Origin: a virus
Length of the DNA: 64,000 nucleotides
IMG/VR virus record: IMGVR_UViG_3300022752_004079
Location: 7,600 to 71,599 of that record
Direction: 5' to 3' (one strand)
Shown: positions 49,111 to 57,946 of the stretch, piece by piece
How positions within the stretch are numbered: position 1 is the stretch's first letter
Layout: every line of letters starts with the position of its first letter
Position numbers and translations under genes: made by a program
The notes under the pieces: generated by a model
Seen by the model: only the letters and a program-made list of their open reading frames with translations
Told to the model about the DNA's origin: nothing
Databases searched by the model: none

Positions 49111-49139
49111 ATTATAATGAATTTATCTATTTATTCCAA
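49111..49139 (-). promoter_or_regulatory. Class A promoter-like motif TTGGAA-N17-TATAAT
   Basis: Heads the modification/clamp operon; ATG 6 nt after the hexamer. Confidence 0.7.
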
Positions 49140-49152
49140 CCTTTGTAACAGT

Positions 49153-49182
49153 AAAAAAGTGCTAACATTACTGCTAGCACTT
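49153..49182 (-). terminator. Rho-independent terminator
   Basis: AAGTGCTAGCA-GTAA-TGTTAGCACTT then T run. Confidence 0.75.
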
Positions 49183-49195
49183 CAATTTATATTAG

Positions 49196-49633
49196 TTAAA
49201 TCATATCATCATCATTTGGTTCAAATTCAGTAACATATTCATCTTCATCTTCATCGGCAATTGCATCTACAATTCCACCCCAATGTGAACGCATTTCTTG
49301 CCATGCATTTTTACTTTTAGCTTGCATTTTATCTAATAATGCTGGTGCTTCTTGTACTAATGCATATACTGAATATGGTGCTGGTTTTTTTCTATCAGTC
49401 CATCGTTTCAATTGTTGAATAGCATGTTGTACAATTGGAAGATCTTCCATTTTTGGTTGTTCTAATGCTTCTGCTAAATCTTCAGCTGCACTCATTATAT
49501 CATCATGCAAGTTATTATATGATGCCTTTTTAGCAAATTGTAAATAACTTGGATCCGTTGATTCATTTAAATTCTTAGTGCCAAATCGCTTCATGTTTTT
49601 TTGTAGCAATTTTTTTAATCTAATATTTCCCAT
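49196..49633 (-). CDS. Hypothetical protein with basic N-terminal peptide (…NLNE) and acidic tail
   Basis: Own class B motif (49654-49662) and terminator. Confidence 0.6.
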   Translation of the reverse strand: MGNIRLKKLLQKNMKRFGTKNLNESTDPSYLQFAKKASYNNLHDDIMSAAEDLAEALEQPKMEDLPIVQHAIQQLKRWTDRKKPAPYSVYALVQEAPALLDKMQAKSKNAWQEMRSHWGGIVDAIADEDEDEYVTEFEPNDDDMI

Positions 49634-49676
49634 GTTTATATTCTTTTTTTAAATATAAATATATCAAAAAAAAAAA

Positions 49677-52193
49677 TCATTTTCCGAAACTAAAAAATTT
49701 TGCTACCGAATTATTTTCTGGAAATGCCCCCCAATTCATTGCAGCATAAAAATCATCCAATTTATTTTTCAATTCTTTTTCAAAGATTTTATTGCGGTCA
49801 ATGTATTGAGTAACAAAATCAACAATTTGTGATGGATCTTCATATCCTCGCAATGCCATTGTATCAAATCCATATGGATTATCTGACAAATATGCCCATT
49901 TTACTTTTTCACCATTTTGAATGAGTTCAACATCGCGAATTCCATGCATTGATAACAAATCATTAAAATTGATTGCAGCTTTAACGTGTGCTGGAGTACC
50001 TTTTTCGTATCCCGTAAATGGTTTGCGACCTTTTGTAAATTTTGATATTTCTTTAACTCCAGAATTTTTCATTACATTGAGTACTGGAGATGATTTTAAT
50101 CCAGATTTAAATTTATGAATCATATCCGTAGTTTCGGTTTTATCTTTTTCTTTAAGAATGTTCCACAATGTTTCTTTCATGATTTTTTTGAAATCTTCTG
50201 GAAATGATGATCTAACAACATCTAATCCTTTAATATCAAGTTTATCCGTAGGTTTGCCTTCTTTAAAAATAACCCATTGTGCATATCGCTTTTTAGCAAT
50301 CCATAATCCAGATTTTGCAACATATTCTTGTTTGATTTGCCAACGATGTGATTTAGTATTGTGAAATACGTCGGCATAACGGTCATACATTGTGTTCACT
50401 AACTTTTGTATTTCCGATGCAATTGCATTGGTTTGGTCAATCATAAATTGTTCATCTGATTCATCAAATTTAGGAAAACGTTTTGCAATAAGTGGTAAAC
50501 TAGAAACAAATGTTGAATCTGTATCTGTATAAAAAGCAAATTCTGCTTTACCATTGGTTGCATTAACAAAATAATCTTGTCCCGTTTCTTTTGCATAATG
50601 ATTGTTAATTACCTTTGCCGAAAATTTAATTACGCTTTGACCTGTAGCGGTAATTGCACCTGCATTATCCAAATCATGAAAGCGAAATGTTTTAAGTCCC
50701 AATACTCCATAAAATGAATTAAGCAATACTTTTTGTGTTAATTGCAATGCATCATAAAATTTATATTCTTCTGTTCCAACTGCATATTCATCTCGTTTGT
50801 CTTTGTAGGTAACTCGTTCATCAAACCATTTTTCAAGAATTGCTGGAAGAAACCCTTTGCGATCTGTGCGATACACTGCACCATTACTTGCAACAACATG
50901 TTGTGTATCTTGCAGCCAAGTTTTAACATTTTGTACATATGTACCATCAACAAACTTTGCTTGTTGTGCTTCATCTTTCAATAAACATTCTTGATTCCAA
51001 TTGGAAATTACTCCTATTTTAGTTTCTGGAGAAATATTCAAACTCATGATAATGCTTGGATATAATGATGTCAAATCCAAATCATAAATCCATTTATACA
51101 ATCCTGGTACTGGATCTTTTACATATGCTCCTGCAAGTGCATCAGCTTCCGATTCTTCTTCAACAAAGCGAAATTGTTTGTTAGGAGCAACTAATCCATT
51201 GCGTTTTAAATCTACAATTGCTGCACCATCCAAATATTTAGATGCATAGTATACATCTTCATAAGGAACATGTCCTTTATGACATATGGTTCTTGCAAGT
51301 GCAATTAATTGTAGTTTTTCATCCATTTCATAAATTAGTTCAACATCTGTTACGTTGTATTCAACAAATTTGTGAATGTCTGTTGTAAACAATTGATCTA
51401 AATCACCATCATATTCAACTTTACCTCTGCCCAATTCTTTTTTTGCAACAGTATCTAAACGGTAATTTGGTAACTCAGTATACGTAAACTTTTTGTATAA
51501 TGTTAAATAATCTAAACTAGATACGCCAAATATTTTGTAACGATCTCGATTTTTGTTCCATTCAACAATGCCCGCAGGAGATAATTTTTTGATTGCTTGT
51601 GCACCTAATATTTTTTTGATGCGATTAACAAGATATGGAATATCAAAATTATCTGTATTCCATCCGGTAATTACGGTGGGCTGTATTTCTGCAAATGCAT
51701 TGATAAACCGCATAAGCATTGTTGCTTCAGAATCAAATATTTCTACATCATATTTATTGGTAGAAAATGCATCGTGTTTTATTCTTTTTGATTCGTCTAA
51801 CAACAAAACTTTCATGGTACGCCCAGCTTTATCATAATATGCAATGGACGTTATTCGTGAACGAGCTTCTTCGGGGGTCGAATACCCATCTTCGTCCCGT
51901 TCTACTTCAATATCAAAGAAAAAGTCTCGATGTCCTTTGGAAACTAAATCGCTTTCGTAATAAAGATCAATAAGCGTACGCATTTCTTCATTTAAATCGG
52001 ATTCATATGCAGTTGCATTGTCTTTCCAATTGCCATCTACACGAGATAAACGAGTTCCATCTAAAGATTGATGTTGTCCCGAATCATCTGGTAAATATGC
52101 ATATGGTTTGAATGGAAACTTTTGATGTCCCAATTCATCATCCCATACGTGCATAATTCCATTCTTTTTGTCATAACCGATTGCTTGATACAT
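49677..52193 (-). CDS. Family B DNA polymerase
   Basis: Exo DIEV / GWN.DNFD / YN..D; DLTSLYPS; K.LLNSFYG; YTDTDS; KKRY. Confidence 0.97.
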   Translation of the reverse strand: MYQAIGYDKKNGIMHVWDDELGHQKFPFKPYAYLPDDSGQHQSLDGTRLSRVDGNWKDNATAYESDLNEEMRTLIDLYYESDLVSKGHRDFFFDIEVERDEDGYSTPEEARSRITSIAYYDKAGRTMKVLLLDESKRIKHDAFSTNKYDVEIFDSEATMLMRFINAFAEIQPTVITGWNTDNFDIPYLVNRIKKILGAQAIKKLSPAGIVEWNKNRDRYKIFGVSSLDYLTLYKKFTYTELPNYRLDTVAKKELGRGKVEYDGDLDQLFTTDIHKFVEYNVTDVELIYEMDEKLQLIALARTICHKGHVPYEDVYYASKYLDGAAIVDLKRNGLVAPNKQFRFVEEESEADALAGAYVKDPVPGLYKWIYDLDLTSLYPSIIMSLNISPETKIGVISNWNQECLLKDEAQQAKFVDGTYVQNVKTWLQDTQHVVASNGAVYRTDRKGFLPAILEKWFDERVTYKDKRDEYAVGTEEYKFYDALQLTQKVLLNSFYGVLGLKTFRFHDLDNAGAITATGQSVIKFSAKVINNHYAKETGQDYFVNATNGKAEFAFYTDTDSTFVSSLPLIAKRFPKFDESDEQFMIDQTNAIASEIQKLVNTMYDRYADVFHNTKSHRWQIKQEYVAKSGLWIAKKRYAQWVIFKEGKPTDKLDIKGLDVVRSSFPEDFKKIMKETLWNILKEKDKTETTDMIHKFKSGLKSSPVLNVMKNSGVKEISKFTKGRKPFTGYEKGTPAHVKAAINFNDLLSMHGIRDVELIQNGEKVKWAYLSDNPYGFDTMALRGYEDPSQIVDFVTQYIDRNKIFEKELKNKLDDFYAAMNWGAFPENNSVAKFFSFGK

Positions 52194-52699
52194 TAATTAA
52201 CCTTGTATATGTCTTGTAATTCTCGTAATAATCCATTATCATCCAATCCGTAACCAACTACCCATTCATCATTAATTTCAAACCCATGAAAGTTAGTTAG
52301 GTCTACGCCCCCACGTCGTTTCAACAATGTAACAACTTTTACGCATTCTGCCATCCGGCTGTTTACCATAAACAACATTTCCATGATGCTAGCACCAGAA
52401 TCGCAAATATCATCTATAATATAAACTCTTTTACCACGAAGTTCCAAATCAATTGTTTTAGTTGTTGAAATTCCTGCAGAATTATCTCGACCACGATATG
52501 ATTGTAACCCAGCAAAATCAATTTCATGCATAATTGTCATGGATCTGCTTAAATCTGAAAAGAAATGCACGGCACCATTAAGTACACAAACCAGTACCGG
52601 GGGCAGGATATTGCCAGAGTCAATATGATCTTGTGAAATTTCTTGTGCCAATTCTTTAACACGTTGTTGTATTTGTTTTTGTGTTATGATTTTTTCCAT
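52193..52699 (-). CDS. hpt: Hypoxanthine/guanine phosphoribosyltransferase-like
   Basis: VCVLNGA, SY.G, IIDDICDSG, VVGYGLD....R.L. Confidence 0.88.
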   Translation of the reverse strand: MEKIITQKQIQQRVKELAQEISQDHIDSGNILPPVLVCVLNGAVHFFSDLSRSMTIMHEIDFAGLQSYRGRDNSAGISTTKTIDLELRGKRVYIIDDICDSGASIMEMLFMVNSRMAECVKVVTLLKRRGGVDLTNFHGFEINDEWVVGYGLDDNGLLRELQDIYKVN

Positions 52700-52905
52700 A
52701 TTCTATAAATTCCATACACGTTGATTGCAATGATAACTAAACTCAAAACCAAATGACTGTAATTCTCAATGAAAAAATCATAAGTAATCCATCCGGTATC
52801 TCCAATGATCCAAGTAATCATTGCGGCTTTTGTCCAGCCTTTTGCATTTGAAAAGTATCCAGCTAATACCAAAGCCGTACTAATCCATCCTAAAATTTCT
52901 ATCAT
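52684..52905 (-). CDS. Small three-TM membrane protein (PnuC/SemiSWEET-like)
   Basis: ILGW.ST.LVL.GY; W..GD.GW..Y; IN.YG.Y. Confidence 0.5.
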   Translation of the reverse strand: MIEILGWISTALVLAGYFSNAKGWTKAAMITWIIGDTGWITYDFFIENYSHLVLSLVIIAINVYGIYRIWKKS

Positions 52906-53198
52906 GCTTGTTTAATTAATGCAATTTCTGATTCTCTTACTAACAGATATTTTTCTCCGTCAATTGAAACTTCTTTGTGATCTCCAATTTGATTGGAATG
53001 AATCATGATTTCATTGCCTTCTTGAACTGTCATTGAAATTCTATCACCTGTTTGTGTAAAAAGACCTGGTCCTGTTTTTACTACATTGGCATACCGATAC
53101 TCATCTGTGCCTGTCATAATGATAATACCACTTGATGTTTTGTCTGATTTTTCTTGTAATTTTAATAAAACTTGATCTCCGGTTGGTAACCAATTCAT
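52902..53198 (-). CDS. groES: GroES/Cpn10 co-chaperonin
   Basis: P.GDQVL, KTSSGII, V..GPG, V.EG, DGEKYL.VRESEI. Confidence 0.9.
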   Translation of the reverse strand: MNWLPTGDQVLLKLQEKSDKTSSGIIIMTGTDEYRYANVVKTGPGLFTQTGDRISMTVQEGNEIMIHSNQIGDHKEVSIDGEKYLLVRESEIALIKQA

Positions 53199-53212
53199 AA
53201 CTTATTCCTTTT

Positions 53213-53458
53213 TTAATTAAACATTTTTCTAATTGCCGTTTCTGTAATATTGTTTCCGACAATTCGTCCTGTTGCATGATCATTCATCGTAATGATTACA
53301 CACGGAACACTTTTAATTCCATACTTATCGCAAGTTGATTTATTTGCATCTACATCAATAATTTGTATGGGAAGTTCTGCAGATAATCGTTCTATTCTTG
53401 GTCGCAATGTTTTGCAAGGTTCGCACCAAGATGCCGTAAAATAAAGTATTTTTTTCAT
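53213..53458 (-). CDS. Thioredoxin
   Basis: FTASWCEPCK, IDVD, YGIKSVP. Confidence 0.9.
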   Translation of the reverse strand: MKKILYFTASWCEPCKTLRPRIERLSAELPIQIIDVDANKSTCDKYGIKSVPCVIITMNDHATGRIVGNNITETAIRKMFN

Positions 53459-53514
53459 CGTGTTATTTCGTATATAATTTTAATATCGCCAATAGTTGTT
53501 GTTGTGTAATACAT
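53455..53514 (-). CDS. 19-aa minigene MYYTTTTIGDIKIIYEITR
   Basis: TAATG overlap with queE stop and ATGA overlap with thioredoxin start. Confidence 0.45.
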   Translation of the reverse strand: MYYTTTTIGDIKIIYEITR

Positions 53515-54326
53515 TATACTCCTCGTTTTGTGTCAAATGCAATAATATGGTCTCGTCCTGTCATGTTATATCCATGTTCGGCACACATATCAAATACCAC
53601 CGGATACATATGAATTAATTCTTCTCGGGTATCGCCTGCAGGCATAATGTATGTTTTGTCTTTAGGAATATTCATTTCTATGCGAAACGTTTCAATTTCT
53701 TGTAAATTTTCTTGAGTGCCATCCCATACTGGTTTATAATGATAATCCGTATGAAATTCTATCATTTGTTTGATTGCATCTTTGTTAAGACGAAATTTTT
53801 CGTGTTGCGCCACCATCTTCTCATCCGTAATCGTGCCTTGCGGCGTAGCAACGCCCACAACGGGAACACTGTTATTAAACTTAGGGCTAAGACTAACCAA
53901 ACCAATAGGGTAATCAGTGGCGATAAAATGAGATCCTTCTGTCTCAATCGTGATAAGAATGTTTCTTTCATGTGCAAAATGTGTTAATTCATTTACCAAT
54001 GTTGGATGCATTGTTGGTGATCCGCCAGTTAACATCATTTCTTTGATATGAGGATTTTCATCATATATCTTGATAATGTCATTGAAACAAAATGTTCCTT
54101 TTTCTGGATGTATACTTGTATACCAGGAGTCGCACCAACCACCTTGGCCAAACCAGCAACGATGTGTACAACCGGTTGTTCGTACTGCTATTGTAGGTCT
54201 ACCAAATCGGCTTCCTTCTGATTGAATGCATCTATACAATTCAACAATTGGTAACGTTTTATCGTAGTCTGTGATTCTTTTAGAATGGAAGATCGTCATC
54301 GTGGTACTCATTACTATTGGTAACAT
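53514..54326 (-). CDS. queE: 7-carboxy-7-deazaguanine synthase (radical SAM); true start probably 54299 or 54311
   Basis: IQSEG..G.PT..VR..GC..RC......WCDS.Y; LTGG.P; IETEGS; SLSPK. Confidence 0.9.
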   Translation of the reverse strand: MLPIVMSTTMTIFHSKRITDYDKTLPIVELYRCIQSEGSRFGRPTIAVRTTGCTHRCWFGQGGWCDSWYTSIHPEKGTFCFNDIIKIYDENPHIKEMMLTGGSPTMHPTLVNELTHFAHERNILITIETEGSHFIATDYPIGLVSLSPKFNNSVPVVGVATPQGTITDEKMVAQHEKFRLNKDAIKQMIEFHTDYHYKPVWDGTQENLQEIETFRIEMNIPKDKTYIMPAGDTREELIHMYPVVFDMCAEHGYNMTGRDHIIAFDTKRGV

Positions 54327-54651
54327 TATTATCTAATTTTTTTATTAATTCTTTGATTTGAGTTTCTAGGTTGTTTAATCTAGATTCAATTTCTATCAAA
54401 GCCGATCGTCTTACTATCGGTGTCGTATCAACTTCTACTTTAGTTGCAAAGTATTCATCTAAAAATGATAACGGATACAATTGCACTTGAGTATATTCAG
54501 GTTTCTGCATATCTTTTGGTAACATTTTCCATTTAAGTTCAATACCTTGTTTGATAGCTTCGGCTGTTACTTCTCGACCAATGTTCGATCCACCAGAACC
54601 TTTACCTAAATATTCAAAAAGCGATAGATATGTTTCTTCATTATTCTTCAT
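54280..54651 (-). CDS. Hypothetical protein ending in SSB-Ct-like DDDLPF
   Basis: Lies between queD and queE; coiled coil then acidic PF tail. Confidence 0.6.
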   Translation of the reverse strand: MKNNEETYLSLFEYLGKGSGGSNIGREVTAEAIKQGIELKWKMLPKDMQKPEYTQVQLYPLSFLDEYFATKVEVDTTPIVRRSALIEIESRLNNLETQIKELIKKLDNNVTNSNEYHDDDLPF

Positions 54652-55105
54652 AACTTGCTGCATTTCTTTCGTGTTCATAAACTTCTACTTTAACGGCTCT
54701 TACTCTACCATTAGTTTCTACTGCTAAAAAATCATTTATTGTATAGTATAAATATTCGGCAAATCTTTCACATCCGGTAGCAGGTAAAATACGTAATTGA
54801 ATTACTCCGCAATCATGTAATTCTTGAAAAGTAAATAAATACGGATCATCTTGTGCTACGATTGTAGTGTGGTCTAAAAGATATGTAAAATAGTCTTTTG
54901 GAGACATACCTTCAATTTGAGTTTTTGCACGTTTCATACCACCAAAATCCCAAACCCAATTTCTTTCATCTAATTCACCTTCAAACCATACTCGAAATGA
55001 AACTGCATATCCATGTAAATATTTACAATGTGTGCCAACTGCGCGCCATTGGCGGAAACATGTTGAATACCCGTCAAATAATTTAGTTGATTGAAATTTA
55101 GCCAT
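54641..55105 (-). CDS. queD: 6-carboxytetrahydropterin synthase
   Basis: CKYLHGY, NWVWDFG, LDHT, GCE.FAE, V.EHERN.A. Confidence 0.88.
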   Translation of the reverse strand: MAKFQSTKLFDGYSTCFRQWRAVGTHCKYLHGYAVSFRVWFEGELDERNWVWDFGGMKRAKTQIEGMSPKDYFTYLLDHTTIVAQDDPYLFTFQELHDCGVIQLRILPATGCERFAEYLYYTINDFLAVETNGRVRAVKVEVYEHERNAASYEE

Positions 55106-55106
55106 A

Positions 55107-55772
55107 TTAATAACCTTTTACGAATTCATAAAATTCTGCTCGGGTAGCATCATCATCTCTAAATGCACCGGTTAACTTGGATGTCTTCATTGAAGCTCCG
55201 CCATGTTTAACTCCTCGACATTGAACACAATTATGAGTTGCTTCAATCATAACAGCTACACCTTTATTGTCATTGATAATAGTATTGATAGCATTATGAA
55301 TTGCTACCGTTAATTGTTCTTGTATTGCACCTCTTCTACCAAAATGCTCTACTAATCGATTTAATTTTGATAATCCGATAACTTTGCTATCAGTACCCGG
55401 AATATACGCAACATAAACTCGACCCATAATGGTTTGATGATGATGCGAGCACATTGAAGTTAATGGAATACCTCCTTCAAATACCATACCATCATATCCA
55501 TCAGATGGAAATGCAGTGATGTCTGGAGTGCCATCATATCGACCTGCCCATAAATCATTTACATATGCTTTTGCAACTCTTCTAGGAGTATCTGAACTAT
55601 TAGGATCATTACGCCAATCACACTTAAGTGCATCAAGAAACTCGCCAAATGCTTTAGCAGCTTCTTCAATCATTTTGTCTTTTTCTTGTCGGGTAAATGG
55701 TGCACCGGGAGCAGAACCATTTGCATAACCTAATTTAACTAATTCTAAATTATTTCTTTGTTTTTTTGTCAT
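55107..55772 (-). CDS. folE: GTP cyclohydrolase I
   Basis: TP.RVAK, SMCSHH, GLSKL.R, IQEQLT, H.CV.CRG. Confidence 0.96.
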   Translation of the reverse strand: MTKKQRNNLELVKLGYANGSAPGAPFTRQEKDKMIEEAAKAFGEFLDALKCDWRNDPNSSDTPRRVAKAYVNDLWAGRYDGTPDITAFPSDGYDGMVFEGGIPLTSMCSHHHQTIMGRVYVAYIPGTDSKVIGLSKLNRLVEHFGRRGAIQEQLTVAIHNAINTIINDNKGVAVMIEATHNCVQCRGVKHGGASMKTSKLTGAFRDDDATRAEFYEFVKGY

Positions 55773-55789
55773 AACTTAATATTATTCTT

Positions 55790-55818
55790 AATATAATATA
55801 TTTTATTGAGTTTTCAAA
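55790..55818 (-). promoter_or_regulatory. Class A promoter-like motif TTTGAA-N17-TATATT
   Basis: Upstream of folE. Confidence 0.55.
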
Positions 55819-56021
55819 GTTTTTACACCTTTTTCAGGTTGTGGCTCATATGGACAATGACGACATCCATTACCGCAACAAGTACCACGTCGACGATGAT
55901 ATGATTCGGTCATTACTCGAAGACCATTTTCGTCGTAATAAAAGTCCGTTGGAAGCAGCTTGTTTCCAAACTCCCTCACAAACTGTTGTTGTATCCAATC
56001 TTTTGATGCTGATTGTATCAT
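55803..56021 (-). CDS. DUF5522-like Cys-rich protein
   Basis: FYYDENG..VMT..YH..RG.CCGNGCRHCPY. Confidence 0.75.
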   Translation of the reverse strand: MIQSASKDWIQQQFVREFGNKLLPTDFYYDENGLRVMTESYHRRRGTCCGNGCRHCPYEPQPEKGVKTLKTQ

Positions 56022-57877
56022 TATTTTATCTCACAAGCTCCGCCTGCACAAGCTAATTCTCCTGATAAATCAGTGTTATCATCAAGTTCAATTACTTGTG
56101 TCAAATCGATATTTGTTAATGATTCTAACATAGATTCATATTGTTCTTTAGTACAATCTTCAAATGGCGCTTGCATATAGGTTCCTCCATCATATGGTAA
56201 TACTGATAATCCGTTGTAATGATCTCTGTTTTCCCACATCCATTCTCCTGCCAATTCCCATTCGTCTGCTTTCAAAGAAACCGTTGCAGATACATTATGA
56301 GTATTGTTTCCACTTCTATGTCCTGGTTTAACCCATTCTAAATGAACCTTTTTAATACGATCCAATAATTGAAATGGAGATTCTGTTCTCATAATAGCTC
56401 CTTCCGGTGCCTTTTGTGGAATTGAAATAACTGCAGTATCATGTGGACGAAAAAATTCATCTTCAATCAATTCCGGATGATATTCTGCTAAATATTTGTA
56501 AATAGCTTCATTTTTCCCCACGCGGATTCTACGGATATAGTAATCATTGTGCCATGCATGAATGCCTGATGATGTACCTAACGTTAATGATGTTGTTCCT
56601 GCGGGTTTAACTGTAGTTGTACGAGCCGAACGATTAATACCAATAAGTTCTGCTACTCGTTCATTTTCTTGTTTAACAATTTTAGCAGCTTCTTTCATGT
56701 TGCAACCCAATACCGTACCAGAACCAATACCTGTCATTGATACTCCAATTAACGCATCTTTCTCAGTTGTGCGTTTCCATACTGGACGTAAGTAATGAAA
56801 ATCTGTATATCCTGCTTGCAATGTTCCAATGAATGCTGCAGCACGTACTCGAGCATTTAAATCTTCTTGTGATTCAATATCCGATGCATTTACTTCACAT
56901 AGATTACAAAATTGAAATGGCCGAAGTGCAATTTCGCAACATGGATTAGTTCCCCAATCTTTGTCATTGCTTAAATAAATTCCAGGTTCTCCTGCATTTG
57001 ATAATTCAACGCGTTTCCATAAATCCAAGAAAAATTCTCGGGTTAATTTGTGACGAATCAATACCGCCGAGTTGTTTGCTCGACCTCGTTGTGGGTTTGT
57101 TTCCCACCAATTACCTGATTTACATGCAATCATTTCTTCATCATTTGCATTAAACAAACTGATTAGTGCTGCTCTACGAATGCCGCCTGCTAATACGGCA
57201 TCTGCAATGTGACATACCATGTCATGCACTTCAATTGGTTGCAATTTTTCTCCGTCTATTTTTGCATCTAAAATACCTTGCAATTTAATCAAACATTCTT
57301 TCAATGGTTGTGGTCCGGGTGCTTTTCCACCTGATGTTACTAATCTAGCACCTTTTGCTCTAATATCTGAAAAATCAAATGAATATGTTGTGCCGCCTTC
57401 AAAATACGATTTAACTAATACTTTTACCGCATCGGCCCATCCTTCGATTGAATCGGCAATCAAATAACGACGTTTTTTTGTTGGATTTGGTTTGTGAATT
57501 TCTGGTAATGCATCAACATGATGTTTTTGTACGGAATATCCAACACCAGTACCGCCTAGCAATAAAAACATTGCTTCAGAAAAGGCACGATAATCATCTA
57601 TAGGAAGATATGCACAATTGTAAATTCGATTGGGTGCAATTTCAATTGGTTTCCCACCAAACTGCAAACTACGCATTGATGGCAATACTTTTTTATTGTA
57701 TACAAATTGATATGCCATTTCAATTTCTTTCTGCAATGCAGGATATTTTTTGATGTGCATATTCATGTTTCTAGTAACTAGTTCTTTCCAAGATTCTCTG
57801 CGATTGAGTTCGGGAAGATATTTTGCATACTTCATGTATACGGTAATTTCACTTAAAATTTGATTTGAAATTTCCAT
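56021..57877 (-). CDS. nrdJ: Class II (AdoCbl-dependent) ribonucleotide reductase
   Basis: LPSMR, YNCA, GTGVG, TNPCCEI, FCNL, TTVKPAGT, C-terminal CAGGACE; no beta subunit nearby. Confidence 0.9.
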   Translation of the reverse strand: MEISNQILSEITVYMKYAKYLPELNRRESWKELVTRNMNMHIKKYPALQKEIEMAYQFVYNKKVLPSMRSLQFGGKPIEIAPNRIYNCAYLPIDDYRAFSEAMFLLLGGTGVGYSVQKHHVDALPEIHKPNPTKKRRYLIADSIEGWADAVKVLVKSYFEGGTTYSFDFSDIRAKGARLVTSGGKAPGPQPLKECLIKLQGILDAKIDGEKLQPIEVHDMVCHIADAVLAGGIRRAALISLFNANDEEMIACKSGNWWETNPQRGRANNSAVLIRHKLTREFFLDLWKRVELSNAGEPGIYLSNDKDWGTNPCCEIALRPFQFCNLCEVNASDIESQEDLNARVRAAAFIGTLQAGYTDFHYLRPVWKRTTEKDALIGVSMTGIGSGTVLGCNMKEAAKIVKQENERVAELIGINRSARTTTVKPAGTTSLTLGTSSGIHAWHNDYYIRRIRVGKNEAIYKYLAEYHPELIEDEFFRPHDTAVISIPQKAPEGAIMRTESPFQLLDRIKKVHLEWVKPGHRSGNNTHNVSATVSLKADEWELAGEWMWENRDHYNGLSVLPYDGGTYMQAPFEDCTKEQYESMLESLTNIDLTQVIELDDNTDLSGELACAGGACEIK

Positions 57878-57922
57878 GATTATAAGTTTCCTTTGTTTTT
57901 AATAACATAATTCTTTTAGACG

Positions 57923-57946
57923 AAAAAAGGAAGGATAACTCCTTCC
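57923..57946 (-). terminator. Rho-independent terminator between helicase and RNR
   Basis: GGAAGGA-GTTA-TCCTTCC then TTTTTT. Confidence 0.7.
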
